Origin: an uncultured Thermotogaceae bacterium
GTDB lineage: Bacteria > Thermotogota > Thermotogae > MWEM01
Direction of reading: 5' to 3'
Assembly: GCA_964631265.1 (NCBI GenBank)
Contig: CAZVWW010000002.1
Coordinates: forward strand, 1 to 62,498
Length of the DNA: 62,498 bases
The notes beneath the pieces are model-generated. The model saw nothing but the letters and a program-made list of their open reading frames with translations, had not been told where the DNA came from and searched no databases. Shown here piece by piece: positions 35,483-44,552 of this stretch. Positions within the stretch are counted from its first letter, which is position 1. The number at the start of each line of letters is the position of its first letter. A program made the position numbers and the translations under genes.

Positions 35483-36571
35483 TCATTCCTCGACGGCTGC
35501 GCCTCTTTTTCTGATCCGGAGTCTGTAGAGACTTTCGATGATCGTCTTGGAACGCTTTTCGCCTATTCCGTCAACCTCTTTCAACGATTCGGGATCCGCA
35601 TCCTTGATAGCCCTCAGATCGCTGAACTGATCCACCAGTTTGTTGACGATATTCGTGGGGATCTTGGTCATCGTTCTCAATAGCCTGATGCCCCGTGAGG
35701 TGACCGGCTCTTCCATAATGAGTTTTGTTGCTTTGTATCCCAGGATGTTGGCGATCTTCGAGTACTCAATGAGGTCCTTCTCACCGAGGTTCTGAAGTTT
35801 ATCACAAATATCACGCACGTTTTCGTGCTCGGGGATTGACTTGCTCACCATGTAATCAGCCACAATCAGTTCGAGATGTTCGTTCAGATCACTGAGCATC
35901 TCCTCAAGCTGCATCTTGGCCAGTCTGCCGTTAACGCCCATCTCCCAGATGTACGGCTCTATCTCGATCCCGATCCGGATGGCTGCTGTAGCCTTTTCCA
36001 GGGTCTTGCGTACGTCAAAGACCGTTACACGGTCCTCAATCTCCAGATTGTCCAATATCTCGACGGCCTTGTTATAACTGTAGCGATATTTCTCGATCGC
36101 CTTAAGCCCCTGATCGACCATGGTGATGAGAAAGTTGAGATCCTTCAGCACATATGTGTAGGCTCCCCAGTAAATGCTGACCACCCCTCTTCGACGGGAA
36201 ACGGCAAGCGAGATCTTGCCGGTCTGCTTTGCAATCCGCTCGGCGTTCCGGTGTCTCATTCCCGTCTCCTTAGAGGGCAGGGAGGGATCCGGTGTCAGCT
36301 GGACATTGGCATAGAGGATCTTGGTCACGTTCTCGTTGAGAATAACCGCTCCATCCATCTTGGCCAGCTCATAGACCTTTTTCGGTGAATAGTCCGTATT
36401 CACGTAAAAACCCGGTTGGATCAGGTCATCATACCGCTTGATATCGTCTTCATTCATCAGCAGTAAGAGGCCGCCGCTGTTGGCATTAAGGATATTTTCA
36501 AGGCCCATTCTCAACTGTGTTCCCGGTGAGCAGAGCTTAATAATCTCCTTCAGTAAATCGTATTTTCCCAT
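35483..36571 (-). CDS. disA: DNA integrity scanning protein DisA (diadenylate cyclase)
   Basis: DAC-domain motifs MDGAVIL and GMRHRNAERIAKQTG...AVSRRRG, plus C-terminal HhH VDGIGEKRSK. Start at MGKYDLL (36571) is preferred: RBS GGAGGA, and it aligns with the T. maritima DisA N-terminus as recalled. Confidence 0.95.
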   Translation of the reverse strand: MGKYDLLKEIIKLCSPGTQLRMGLENILNANSGGLLLLMNEDDIKRYDDLIQPGFYVNTDYSPKKVYELAKMDGAVILNENVTKILYANVQLTPDPSLPSKETGMRHRNAERIAKQTGKISLAVSRRRGVVSIYWGAYTYVLKDLNFLITMVDQGLKAIEKYRYSYNKAVEILDNLEIEDRVTVFDVRKTLEKATAAIRIGIEIEPYIWEMGVNGRLAKMQLEEMLSDLNEHLELIVADYMVSKSIPEHENVRDICDKLQNLGEKDLIEYSKIANILGYKATKLIMEEPVTSRGIRLLRTMTKIPTNIVNKLVDQFSDLRAIKDADPESLKEVDGIGEKRSKTIIESLYRLRIRKRGAAVEE

Positions 36572-36596
36572 CTCTTCCTCCATCATCTTTTCTTTT

Positions 36597-36605
36597 ATTA
36601 TACCA
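36597..36605 (-). promoter_or_regulatory. Candidate extended -10 promoter (TGGTATAAT) for disA
   Basis: The reverse complement of 36597-36605 reads TGGTATAAT. It is placed so the transcript would begin just upstream of the GGAGGA RBS. Confidence 0.45.
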
Positions 36606-36620
36606 TGCAGTCGGTTTTAA

Positions 36621-36629
36621 TGTTACAAT
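36621..36629 (+). promoter_or_regulatory. Candidate extended -10 promoter (TGTTACAAT) for yceD-rpmF
   Basis: TGTTACAAT at 36621-36629, back-to-back with the disA element 16 bp away. An AGACCT-CAGGTT-AGGTCT hairpin follows in the leader. Confidence 0.45.
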
Positions 36630-36694
36630 AGACGTATAAAGACCTCAGGTTAGGTCTGGGTATAACGAAGCGTAACTTGAGTACAGAGGTGATT

Positions 36695-37273
36695 ATGATG
36701 TCCGGAAGAAAGAACCTGATCGTTGAAGTAACATCTTTAGAGCCCGGAAAGCAGACGGAACTCATCGGAGAACTGGACAGGGGGTTGATTGAAGAGCTCT
36801 TTGATAGTCTTCAATTCCTGTCGGATGTTCAATACAAAATGATTCTCTTTAAGTCAAAACATGAATTGTTTGTAACAGGATCGGTTGAATGCGAGGTTGA
36901 GTCTCCGTGTGTGAGATGTCTGAAACCCGTTCAAACTGAGATCAATGGCGAGATAGAAGCGACTTACATCGCGAAGGGGGAGATCTCGGATGATGAAACC
37001 GAACAGGAATTGGAATCTCTTGAAAATGTGATATACTATGTGGGCACTGAAGTGGACTTATTTGATAGAGTCGTCGAGGCAGTCGTTACAGGCCTGCCTG
37101 ATCGGTTTTTGTGTGCGCCCGATTGTAAAGGGCTCTGTCCGTATTGTGGTGCCGATTTGAATCTTGAAGAGGATCACCAGTGCAGTCATCGCGGCGGTGA
37201 TGCAATCGACCCGAGACTGGCTGCGTTGAAAAAGCTCCAACTGAATAATAATTCTGAAAAAGATGATAAATGA
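36695..37273 (+). CDS. yceD: YceD/DUF177 family protein (large-subunit ribosome accumulation protein)
   Basis: Immediately upstream of rpmF, as in many bacteria. Cys motifs CVRC ... CKGLCPYCG. Confidence 0.75.
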   Translation: MMSGRKNLIVEVTSLEPGKQTELIGELDRGLIEELFDSLQFLSDVQYKMILFKSKHELFVTGSVECEVESPCVRCLKPVQTEINGEIEATYIAKGEISDDETEQELESLENVIYYVGTEVDLFDRVVEAVVTGLPDRFLCAPDCKGLCPYCGADLNLEEDHQCSHRGGDAIDPRLAALKKLQLNNNSEKDDK

Positions 37274-37294
37274 CGTGTAAGGAGGGAACAGGAT

Positions 37295-37486
37295 ATGGCA
37301 GTACCAAAGAAAAAGCACTCGAGAAGCAGGACTCGAAGAAGAAGAGCTCATTTTTTCAAGGCCTTTGACTCACCGAGATCCGTGTGCTCCAATTGCGGTG
37401 AAACAAAACTCCCGCACCGTGTCTGTTTAAACTGCGGTTACTACAACGGGAAGAAAGTACTGGAATTTGAAGAAGAGGAAGAATAA
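37295..37486 (+). CDS. rpmF: 50S ribosomal protein L32
   Basis: MAVPKKKHSRSRTRRRRAH plus zinc ribbon CSNCGE...CLNCGYY. Confidence 0.92.
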   Translation: MAVPKKKHSRSRTRRRRAHFFKAFDSPRSVCSNCGETKLPHRVCLNCGYYNGKKVLEFEEEEE

Positions 37487-37497
37487 TATAATCGAAG

Positions 37498-37541
37498 ACA
37501 CAGCCTCGATGTGACAGGATCGCGTCAGGCTGTGTTTTTTT
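37498..37541 (+). terminator. Rho-independent terminator of rpmF, overlapping the 3' end of the convergent fliI
   Basis: ACACAGCCT (37498-37506) pairs with AGGCTGTGT (37527-37535), followed by TTTTTTT. The 3' arm and T-run lie inside the last fliI codons. Confidence 0.75.
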
Positions 37542-38874
37542 CTTCATCTCCAAGCGCCTCCCGGTTGATCTTTATGAGTCTCTGCACCAGTTCGTTGTAA
37601 TCAACTTTCTCACTGACACCCTGCTTGAGAAATGCATTAATCTCATCAATAAACTTAATAGCCCGGTCAATCTTAGGATCACTGCCTGATTTATAAGCGC
37701 CAATATCGATGAGATCTTTTGCGTCGTTGTATGCCGCCATGAGATCTTTCAAGTTTCTGGCTGCTTCCAGATGTTTCTCACCGGCAATCTCAGTCATCAG
37801 CCTGCTGATGCTTGCCAGTACGTCAATGGCGGGATAATGGTTCGCCTCGGCCAGGTTCCTCGACAGGATGATGTGACCATCGACCACCCCCCTGACCGTG
37901 TCACTGATCGGTTCGTTGAAATCATCCCCCTCGACCAGAACGGTGTAGATCCCGGTTATGCTTCCCTTTTCTGAGTTACCGGCCCTTTCAAGGATCTTTG
38001 GCAGGCCTGCAAAGACACTGGGTGGATAGCCTCTGGTGGTGGGAGGTTCGCCAATGGCCAACCCCAGTTCCCTCTGCGCCATCGCCCATCTCGTGAGGGA
38101 ATCGACCATGAGCATAACGTTGAAGCCCTTTGCCCTGAAGTATTCGGCAATGGAGGTTGTTGTTTGGAGGGCTTTAACCCGCATAAGGGCCGGCTGGTCC
38201 GAGGTGGAAACGACAACGATGCTGCGTTTAAGGCCCTCTTCGCCCAGATCGCGCTCGATAAACTCTCTGACCTCTCTGCCTCTCTCGCCAATGAGCCCGA
38301 TGACATTGATATCCGCCTTGGTATTTCTCGCGATCATCCCGAGTGTGGTTGATTTTCCGACCCCGCTTCCTGCGAAGATGCCGATACGCTGTCCTCTTCC
38401 AAGGGTTATAAAACCGTCGATGGCACGGATGCCGACGGGTATGGTGTCTTCTATACGGTCTCTGATGAGCGGATTAGGGGGTTGATTGTCCAATGAAATC
38501 TGTTTTTCCGGTATAAAGGACTTTCCGTCAATCGGACGGCCGAGCCCGTCCAAAACTCTACCGAGGAGGTTTTTTCCGACGCCGACGTTGAGTGGTTTCT
38601 TTGTTCCGTAGACCTCACATCCCAGCGAGATTCCAGAAAAATCTTCCAGCGGCATCAGGATGATGTGATTGTCCTTGAATCCCACAACCTCGCTCAGGAT
38701 CTTCTCTCCCCGGCCGTTGGTAATATAGCAACCTTCCCCGAGAAAGACCTCGGGACCGGCGGACTCAATGGTCAATCCGACGATTCTCTTGACACTTCCG
38801 TTTAGAACAAGGAAGTCCGTCTCTTCAACGGATTTCTCAAAATAGTCCATTCTCTTCAATGAGCCAAAACTCAT
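37525..38874 (-). CDS. fliI: Flagellum-specific (type III export) ATPase FliI
   Basis: Walker A GSGVGKST, Walker B MLMVDSLTR, and the FliI/YscN-family context GERGREVREFIE. Confidence 0.92.
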   Translation of the reverse strand: MSFGSLKRMDYFEKSVEETDFLVLNGSVKRIVGLTIESAGPEVFLGEGCYITNGRGEKILSEVVGFKDNHIILMPLEDFSGISLGCEVYGTKKPLNVGVGKNLLGRVLDGLGRPIDGKSFIPEKQISLDNQPPNPLIRDRIEDTIPVGIRAIDGFITLGRGQRIGIFAGSGVGKSTTLGMIARNTKADINVIGLIGERGREVREFIERDLGEEGLKRSIVVVSTSDQPALMRVKALQTTTSIAEYFRAKGFNVMLMVDSLTRWAMAQRELGLAIGEPPTTRGYPPSVFAGLPKILERAGNSEKGSITGIYTVLVEGDDFNEPISDTVRGVVDGHIILSRNLAEANHYPAIDVLASISRLMTEIAGEKHLEAARNLKDLMAAYNDAKDLIDIGAYKSGSDPKIDRAIKFIDEINAFLKQGVSEKVDYNELVQRLIKINREALGDEEKNTA

Positions 38875-39662
38875 TCTGAACCACCGAACACTTCATCGAT
38901 CAGTGATTTCAATATTTCACGCTGATTCTCATAAGAGGCATCAAGTGTGCCATAACTCGTTTCCACAACAACCCCGCCCTTTGAAACAGACGGGTCCTGG
39001 CGTATTTCAAAACTTGTCAGGGTTTCGTTCATCTTCTTGTTCAATTCGGGCGGAAAGGACGAAAAATCCCTGGGATTGAATTTAAAGACGATATCCCGCA
39101 AACTCACTACTCTTCTCATCAATTCATCCACTTTCTTTTCGAGTATCTCACCTTTCTTCTCTTCCAGGGTCGTTAAAAGGATCTTTTCAGAGAGCAGGGC
39201 TATCAGATCCCTCACTTTTTCGGTCGAGAGTTCAGCGTATTCTTCCCGCGATTTGTTTAAGGCTTCGCTTGCCGATTTTAACGCCTTTGTTGAGGCACTC
39301 ATCTTGTCATTCCATTTCTTCTCCAGCTGCTTCTCTTTCTCAGCAGCCTTTTTTTCTGCCTGCTTCATTATCTTTTCCGATTCTTTAGCGGCCTTCGTCT
39401 TGATCTTTTCAGCTTCTGCCTTGATTTCTTTCGCTTCATTGTTCGCCTCTTCGATGATGACCCGGGCTTTTTCCTTGGCAAGACTGACAGCAGGGGATAC
39501 AATATTCTCCTGCATCTCCTCTTGGGATGGGGTTCCGTCCTGAGAATCCCTCGAATCATCGCCTGCCTCTTTCTTATCTTTATCGGCGGGTTCTTTCTTT
39601 CTCAAACTGATCCGCTCATTATCGTCTATCGTAACAAGAGCCCTTTTGATCAGATTATACAA
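38871..39662 (-). CDS. fliH: Flagellar assembly protein FliH
   Basis: Position between fliG and fliI, a Glu/Lys-rich central coiled coil, and C-terminal GGVVVETSYGTLDASYENQ typical of FliH. Confidence 0.75.
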   Translation of the reverse strand: MYNLIKRALVTIDDNERISLRKKEPADKDKKEAGDDSRDSQDGTPSQEEMQENIVSPAVSLAKEKARVIIEEANNEAKEIKAEAEKIKTKAAKESEKIMKQAEKKAAEKEKQLEKKWNDKMSASTKALKSASEALNKSREEYAELSTEKVRDLIALLSEKILLTTLEEKKGEILEKKVDELMRRVVSLRDIVFKFNPRDFSSFPPELNKKMNETLTSFEIRQDPSVSKGGVVVETSYGTLDASYENQREILKSLIDEVFGGSE

Positions 39663-40665
39663 TTAATTCTTCTCCTCCGCCTCTGGCAATGAATATCTCT
39701 CCGCTTTCCTCAAGTCTTCTGATGACGTTGACGATCTTCTGTTGCGCTTCTTCCACATCGGCAACTCTTAAAGGACCCATAAATTCAATCTCTTCTTTCA
39801 GGAGCTGACCGGCTCGTTTTGAGAGGTTGTTGACAATCTTGTCCATGATCTCTTCTGAAGAGCCTTTAAGTGCTCTGGCGAGTTCTTTTGTGTCGACTTC
39901 GCGCAGTACCATCTGGATGGAACGATCGTCGAGTTTTGTGATATCCTCGAATACGAACATATGCCGCCTGATCTCCTCGGCAAGCTCCGGATCGGTTTCA
40001 GACAGCTTGTCCAGTATCTCTTTTTCAGTGGAGCGGTCCATTGTATTGACCAGTTCCACAACGGTTTCAAGACCGCCAACCTGTGCAAAATCCTGCGTCA
40101 CAAATGTTGAAACCTTTCTTTCCAAGACTTTCTCAACCTCCCTTACAACCTCCGGGTTCGCCTTATCCAATATGGCAATCCTCTTGACAACCTCCGGTTT
40201 CAGTGCCTCGGGGAGATTGCTGATAACTGCTGCCGACTGTTTCGGGGAAAGATAACACAGGATAAGGGATATCGTCTGAGGATGCTCATTCTGAAGTACG
40301 TTCACCAGCTGTGTCGGATCGGATTTTTTCAGGAAATCAAATGGTTTCACCTGAAGATTACTCGTCAGCTTCTCCAGCACGTCCAGTGCTTTTTCCGGGC
40401 CGAGTGCGTTTTCCAGCATCTCCTTGGCATAATCGATACCGCCTGCCATCAGAAACTCCCTTGCCTGGAATGTGTTGGAAAATTCCTCCAGAACCGTCTT
40501 TTTTTCCGAATCAGATACCTTGTCAAGTTTGGCAAGTTCGAGGGTCAGCATCTCGATATCATCATCGCTCATATGCCGAAGTACCTTTGCCGCTCTCTCT
40601 GTTCCCATTGTCAATAGCAGAACAGAAGCCTTCCGGATTCCCGTTAGTTCTTTTTTTTCAGGCAC
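39655..40665 (-). CDS. fliG: Flagellar motor switch protein FliG
   Basis: About 336 aa. LTGIRKASVLLLTMG start, MFVFEDI motif, and a C-terminal charged helix region. GTG start with RBS GAGGTG. Confidence 0.9.
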   Translation of the reverse strand: MPEKKELTGIRKASVLLLTMGTERAAKVLRHMSDDDIEMLTLELAKLDKVSDSEKKTVLEEFSNTFQAREFLMAGGIDYAKEMLENALGPEKALDVLEKLTSNLQVKPFDFLKKSDPTQLVNVLQNEHPQTISLILCYLSPKQSAAVISNLPEALKPEVVKRIAILDKANPEVVREVEKVLERKVSTFVTQDFAQVGGLETVVELVNTMDRSTEKEILDKLSETDPELAEEIRRHMFVFEDITKLDDRSIQMVLREVDTKELARALKGSSEEIMDKIVNNLSKRAGQLLKEEIEFMGPLRVADVEEAQQKIVNVIRRLEESGEIFIARGGGEELIV

Positions 40666-40707
40666 AATAACACCTCAAATACCGTTTTTTTTGCCACTCC
40701 ATTATAC

Positions 40708-40713
40708 AACAAT
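40708..40713 (-). promoter_or_regulatory. Candidate -10 element (TATAAT) for fliGHI
   Basis: The reverse complement of 40708-40713 is TATAAT, ~43 nt upstream of the fliG GTG. No sigma-28-type TAAA-N15-GCCGATAA was seen. Confidence 0.35.
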
Positions 40714-40786
40714 TTCATGGTACAAAAAAGCCTTTCATAAAACGGACGTAAAAAATTAAGAAACTCTTGTTTTTAAGACTTTTTTG

Positions 40787-40795
40787 TGGTAAAAT
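40787..40795 (+). promoter_or_regulatory. Candidate extended -10 promoter (TGGTAAAAT) for the zapA-like gene
   Basis: TGGTAAAAT at 40787-40795, with TTGTTT 17 bp upstream. Confidence 0.45.
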
Positions 40796-40821
40796 AACTG
40801 TGGGGAGGGGGCTAAATTCCT

Positions 40822-41121
40822 TTGAAGAGAAAAATCAATCTAAAGCTGGGTAATCACACTTATTCCTTTTTAACAGATGAACCAAAGGATAAGGTCCAGG
40901 AAATTAAAGAGATCATCGATAACGATTACGAGAAGTACAGCAACATCATAGAGTCTAACGATAAAAAGGGCTTGACGGATTTGCTGGTTCTCTTATTGTT
41001 AAATCATGTCTCAAAGGAACTGCAACATAAAGAAGAGCTTAAGGACCTCAAAGACAAGAACGAAAGGCTCATGGTTGAAATCGAGCGATTAAAGACCGAA
41101 CGAGAGGACATGGCAGGCTGA
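40822..41121 (+). CDS. ZapA-like cell-division protein (tentative)
   Basis: 99 aa, TTG start. The N-terminal INLKLGNHTYSFLTDEP pattern and C-terminal coiled coil resemble ZapA. The call is weak. Confidence 0.45.
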   Translation: MKRKINLKLGNHTYSFLTDEPKDKVQEIKEIIDNDYEKYSNIIESNDKKGLTDLLVLLLLNHVSKELQHKEELKDLKDKNERLMVEIERLKTEREDMAG

Positions 41122-41193
41122 ACCACCCCAACAACAACTTGCAAGACAATCTTCCCACGCTACATCAAACCGTTTTAAAAATCAATAGAAAAA

Positions 41194-41202
41194 TGGTAGA
41201 AT
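41194..41202 (+). promoter_or_regulatory. Candidate extended -10 promoter (TGGTAGAAT) for the rapZ operon
   Basis: TGGTAGAAT at 41194-41202, with TTTAAA 17 bp upstream. Confidence 0.45.
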
Positions 41203-41256
41203 TAACCCGAAACGCTCATTTTGCTTATGCTGAGATGAGAACTGGGACGTGATAAT

Positions 41257-42156
41257 ATGGAAAAGAAGAAGATGCTGATTATAACAGGTCTCTCAGGTGC
41301 CGGAAAGACCACCTGTCTTGGCTTGTTGGAGGATATCGGGTATTTTTGTGTCGACAACATCCCCCCGAAGCTGTTGAAAAGCATGCTACCCCTCTTTGAG
41401 CAAACCGAAGCGGACAAGATTGCATTCGGTATCGATGTCAGATGGAAGCAGGCATTCAACGAGATGATCTATGACATAAAGGATTTCATCAAGAACCAAT
41501 CCTATTACACCCTCTCCATTATCTTTCTGGAGGCGGGTCTTGACGTGATTTCAAAGCGGTATGCCCTCACACGCAGAAAGCATCCGCTCTCATCGGACGG
41601 GACGGTTGCAGAGGCATATGAGATGGAAAAAGAGATGCTCTCCCCTTTGAGGGAAAATGCCGATTTCATCATCGACACAACCGGGTACAACACGCACCAA
41701 CTGAGACAGGCGCTGATCGATGCGCTTGAGGAGGAAACGGGAGGCAATATCAAGAGTACTGAAATCAATGTGACCAGCTTTGGATTTAAATACGGCACCC
41801 CGTTGAACGCTGATTTCATCATAGATTCGAGATTCCTGCCCAATCCTTACTGGAAACCGGAATTGTCTTCTTATACCGGGCTTGAAAAACCCGTTCAGGA
41901 TTATCTAAATGCTTTTCCCGTGATGGGCGATTACATAACAGCCTGCACCAGCATGCTGCTTCTGGCCGTGGAACGATACAACGAAGAGGGCAGAAGTAAT
42001 ATCAACGTTTATATCGGCTGCTCAGGCGGGAAACACCGGTCGGTTTACATCGGTTCCAGGATTCATGAGTTCTTTATTGAACACGGTTTCAGAAGCCAGT
42101 TGTCGCATCGGGAACTGGAAAGAATGAACATTGAGGGTGAAACAGATCGACAATAA
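41257..42156 (+). CDS. rapZ: RNase adapter / nucleotide-binding protein RapZ (YvcJ)
   Basis: Walker A ITGLSGAGKT, then FLPNPYW and CSGGKHRSV motifs. Confidence 0.9.
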   Translation: MEKKKMLIITGLSGAGKTTCLGLLEDIGYFCVDNIPPKLLKSMLPLFEQTEADKIAFGIDVRWKQAFNEMIYDIKDFIKNQSYYTLSIIFLEAGLDVISKRYALTRRKHPLSSDGTVAEAYEMEKEMLSPLRENADFIIDTTGYNTHQLRQALIDALEEETGGNIKSTEINVTSFGFKYGTPLNADFIIDSRFLPNPYWKPELSSYTGLEKPVQDYLNAFPVMGDYITACTSMLLLAVERYNEEGRSNINVYIGCSGGKHRSVYIGSRIHEFFIEHGFRSQLSHRELERMNIEGETDRQ

Positions 42157-43111
42157 CAAAAAAAATATAACCGTTATCGGCGGTGGAACAGGGCTCTCGA
42201 CAATGGTAAGAGGACTGAAGGAGTATGATGTTCATATTACCGCAGTTGTGACGATAACCGATGAAGGCGGCAGTTCAGGAACGATACGGAGAGAGCTCAA
42301 GATACCACCCCCCGGGGATGTCCGCAACAACATCACCGCCTTCGCGGAAAACGAAAGCCTGCTCACAAAACTCATACAGTTCAGGTTTACCGGCAAGGGG
42401 TTGTTCGAAGGGCATTCGGTTGGCAACATCATACTGGCGGCCCTGTCCAAGATACTCGGCAGTTTTCCCGAGGCTGTGAAGAGCCTCTCAGAAGTGCTGG
42501 CCATTGAGGGGGAGGTCCTTCCGATCAGTGAACAGTTAGTCAGGTTGAAAGCGGTCAACGATCGTGGAGAGATACTGCTTGGTGAAAAAAGCATTGAGAA
42601 AAACACCGGCCGGATCGCCTCCATCAGTGTTGATGCCAAGTTCAAACCGCTTGGCGAGGTGATTCAGGCCATCAAGCACTCCGATGCAATCGTGCTTGGC
42701 CCTGGAAGCCTTTACACCAGCGTTATTCCAAATCTATTAGCAGACGGTGTGAGCAAAGAGATCATCGATTCAGGAGCGCCCATCATCTATATCTGTAACA
42801 TCATGACCCAACCGGGTGAGACAATAGGCTATACGCTCTCGGATCATGTTAAAGTCATCAACAAGTACCTCGGGAAATCCCCGGATTATTACATCGTCAA
42901 TTCCGAGCCCATCCCGGATAGATTAAGAGAGCGATACCGCTCCCAGGGGGCACAGCAGGTTGAGCTGCGTATTGACAATCTCCGTGGCGCTGTCGTTATA
43001 GACTCGCTCATCAAAACAGAGATAGACATACGGGACGGCTTCGAGAAGGTCCGGCACGATGAGAAAAAGCTCGGAAAGATCATCAACAAAGTTATGGGAT
43101 GGGGAGAGTAA
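42131..43111 (+). CDS. yvcK: YvcK / CofD-like gluconeogenesis (cell-shape) factor
   Basis: VIGGGTGLST ... GPGSLYTSVIPNLL motifs. TTG start at 42131, or GTG at 42137. Confidence 0.9.
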   Translation: MRVKQIDNNKKNITVIGGGTGLSTMVRGLKEYDVHITAVVTITDEGGSSGTIRRELKIPPPGDVRNNITAFAENESLLTKLIQFRFTGKGLFEGHSVGNIILAALSKILGSFPEAVKSLSEVLAIEGEVLPISEQLVRLKAVNDRGEILLGEKSIEKNTGRIASISVDAKFKPLGEVIQAIKHSDAIVLGPGSLYTSVIPNLLADGVSKEIIDSGAPIIYICNIMTQPGETIGYTLSDHVKVINKYLGKSPDYYIVNSEPIPDRLRERYRSQGAQQVELRIDNLRGAVVIDSLIKTEIDIRDGFEKVRHDEKKLGKIINKVMGWGE

Positions 43112-44050
43112 ATGAGCTTCTCATCGGATCTGAAGGTTGAACTGAACACTTTGAAGATCAACGATAACACCTCTGCCTTTCTGGAGTTGTTTGGCATGCT
43201 GAAAATGAGAGGAAGTGTCCTGCTGCAGAAGATCAACGGTGAAAACCGGTCGTTCTTCCTCCTCTCAACCGGCAATCCCACAGTGGCAAGGAGGGCTCAT
43301 TATCTGATCGACGATCTGCCGAATCATTCCGTCGAGACAAAGTACAGAATTAATCCCTATCTGACGAACAGCAGGACATACCAGCTGAAGATCGAACTCA
43401 ACAGTATTAAAAACGCAATACCCGAGTTGAAGGGCCGGGACATCCTGTCACTCAATATCTTTCCGTATATCAAAGAGGACCCCGTCTATTTCAGTGACTT
43501 TCTGCGGGGTGTTTTTTTTGTTGCGGGATATATCGTCGATCCCAAGACCGCGTATCATTTTGAGATACTCGAAAAAGACAGCCGGGAGAACATCCTCCAG
43601 ATCAAAAAGGCCCTTAACAACAACTTCAGGATCAAGGCCGGTATCACCGAGCACAAAAAGGGCACCAAACTGTATGTCAAGCGATCAAATGATATAATAG
43701 CCTTGATGGAGATCATGGGATCGGGAAATCTCATCAAGAAGTATGAGCAGATTGTGAGTCAGCGGATGGTAAAATCAAACGTGAACCGGTCGATCAACTT
43801 CACAATCGCCAATGCCAAAAAGATTGGAAAAAGCAGCGCCAAACAGATAGAGGCCATCGAGAAACTGATGAGACAGAGGAATTTTGAAAAGATCGAGCCG
43901 GAACTGAAAGAAATCTGCAGACTCAGACTCAACAACGAGGATCTTAGTCTGGCCGAGCTCGGCAGTCTTTTATCCAATCCGCTTTCAAAATCAGCCGTCT
44001 ACAACAGGATGAAGCGGATCATCAAGCTATCAAAAGAATCGGAGTGTTAG
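43112..44050 (+). CDS. whiA: Sporulation/cell-division regulator WhiA
   Basis: MSFSSDLKVEL start, LAGLIDADG-like degenerate repeats, and C-terminal HTH LSLAELGSLLSNPLSKSAVYNRMKRI. Confidence 0.9.
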   Translation: MSFSSDLKVELNTLKINDNTSAFLELFGMLKMRGSVLLQKINGENRSFFLLSTGNPTVARRAHYLIDDLPNHSVETKYRINPYLTNSRTYQLKIELNSIKNAIPELKGRDILSLNIFPYIKEDPVYFSDFLRGVFFVAGYIVDPKTAYHFEILEKDSRENILQIKKALNNNFRIKAGITEHKKGTKLYVKRSNDIIALMEIMGSGNLIKKYEQIVSQRMVKSNVNRSINFTIANAKKIGKSSAKQIEAIEKLMRQRNFEKIEPELKEICRLRLNNEDLSLAELGSLLSNPLSKSAVYNRMKRIIKLSKESEC

Positions 44051-44051
44051 T

Positions 44052-44552
44052 ATGCAATGTCCTTTTTGTAAGCATGATACAACCAGAGTCATCGACTCCA
44101 GAAGCTCGGAGGACAGGCTCAGCGTGAGAAGAAGAAGAGAATGCCCCTCGTGCAGCGCCCGGTTCACAACCTACGAGCGATACGAAGAACTGCCCATCAT
44201 GGTTGTCAAACGGGATGGCAGAAAAGAGAGTTTCAGCCGCGAAAAGCTCTTGAAAGGGCTTGTCCGGGCAAGTGAGAAAAGAAACATCGATATGGAACAG
44301 TTGAACGAACTGGCATCGGGGATCAAACAGGAGCTCACGGCCTCCGGCATGACGGAGATCTCGAGCGAAGCAATTGGGGAGATGGCGATGAAAAGACTCA
44401 AGGGGCTTGATGATGTCGCCTATGTGCGGTTCGCTTCGGTTTACAGGGATTTTAACAACGTGGAACAATTTAAAACAATAATCGATGAATTGGCAAGGGA
44501 GGATAATAAAAATGGCAAAGGAAACGATTTATCTGACTCAGGAGGGATATAA
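44052..44552 (+). CDS. nrdR: Transcriptional repressor NrdR
   Basis: MQCPFCKHDTTRVIDSR...CPSCSARFTTYE zinc ribbon plus an ATP-cone. Confidence 0.93.
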   Translation: MQCPFCKHDTTRVIDSRSSEDRLSVRRRRECPSCSARFTTYERYEELPIMVVKRDGRKESFSREKLLKGLVRASEKRNIDMEQLNELASGIKQELTASGMTEISSEAIGEMAMKRLKGLDDVAYVRFASVYRDFNNVEQFKTIIDELAREDNKNGKGNDLSDSGGI

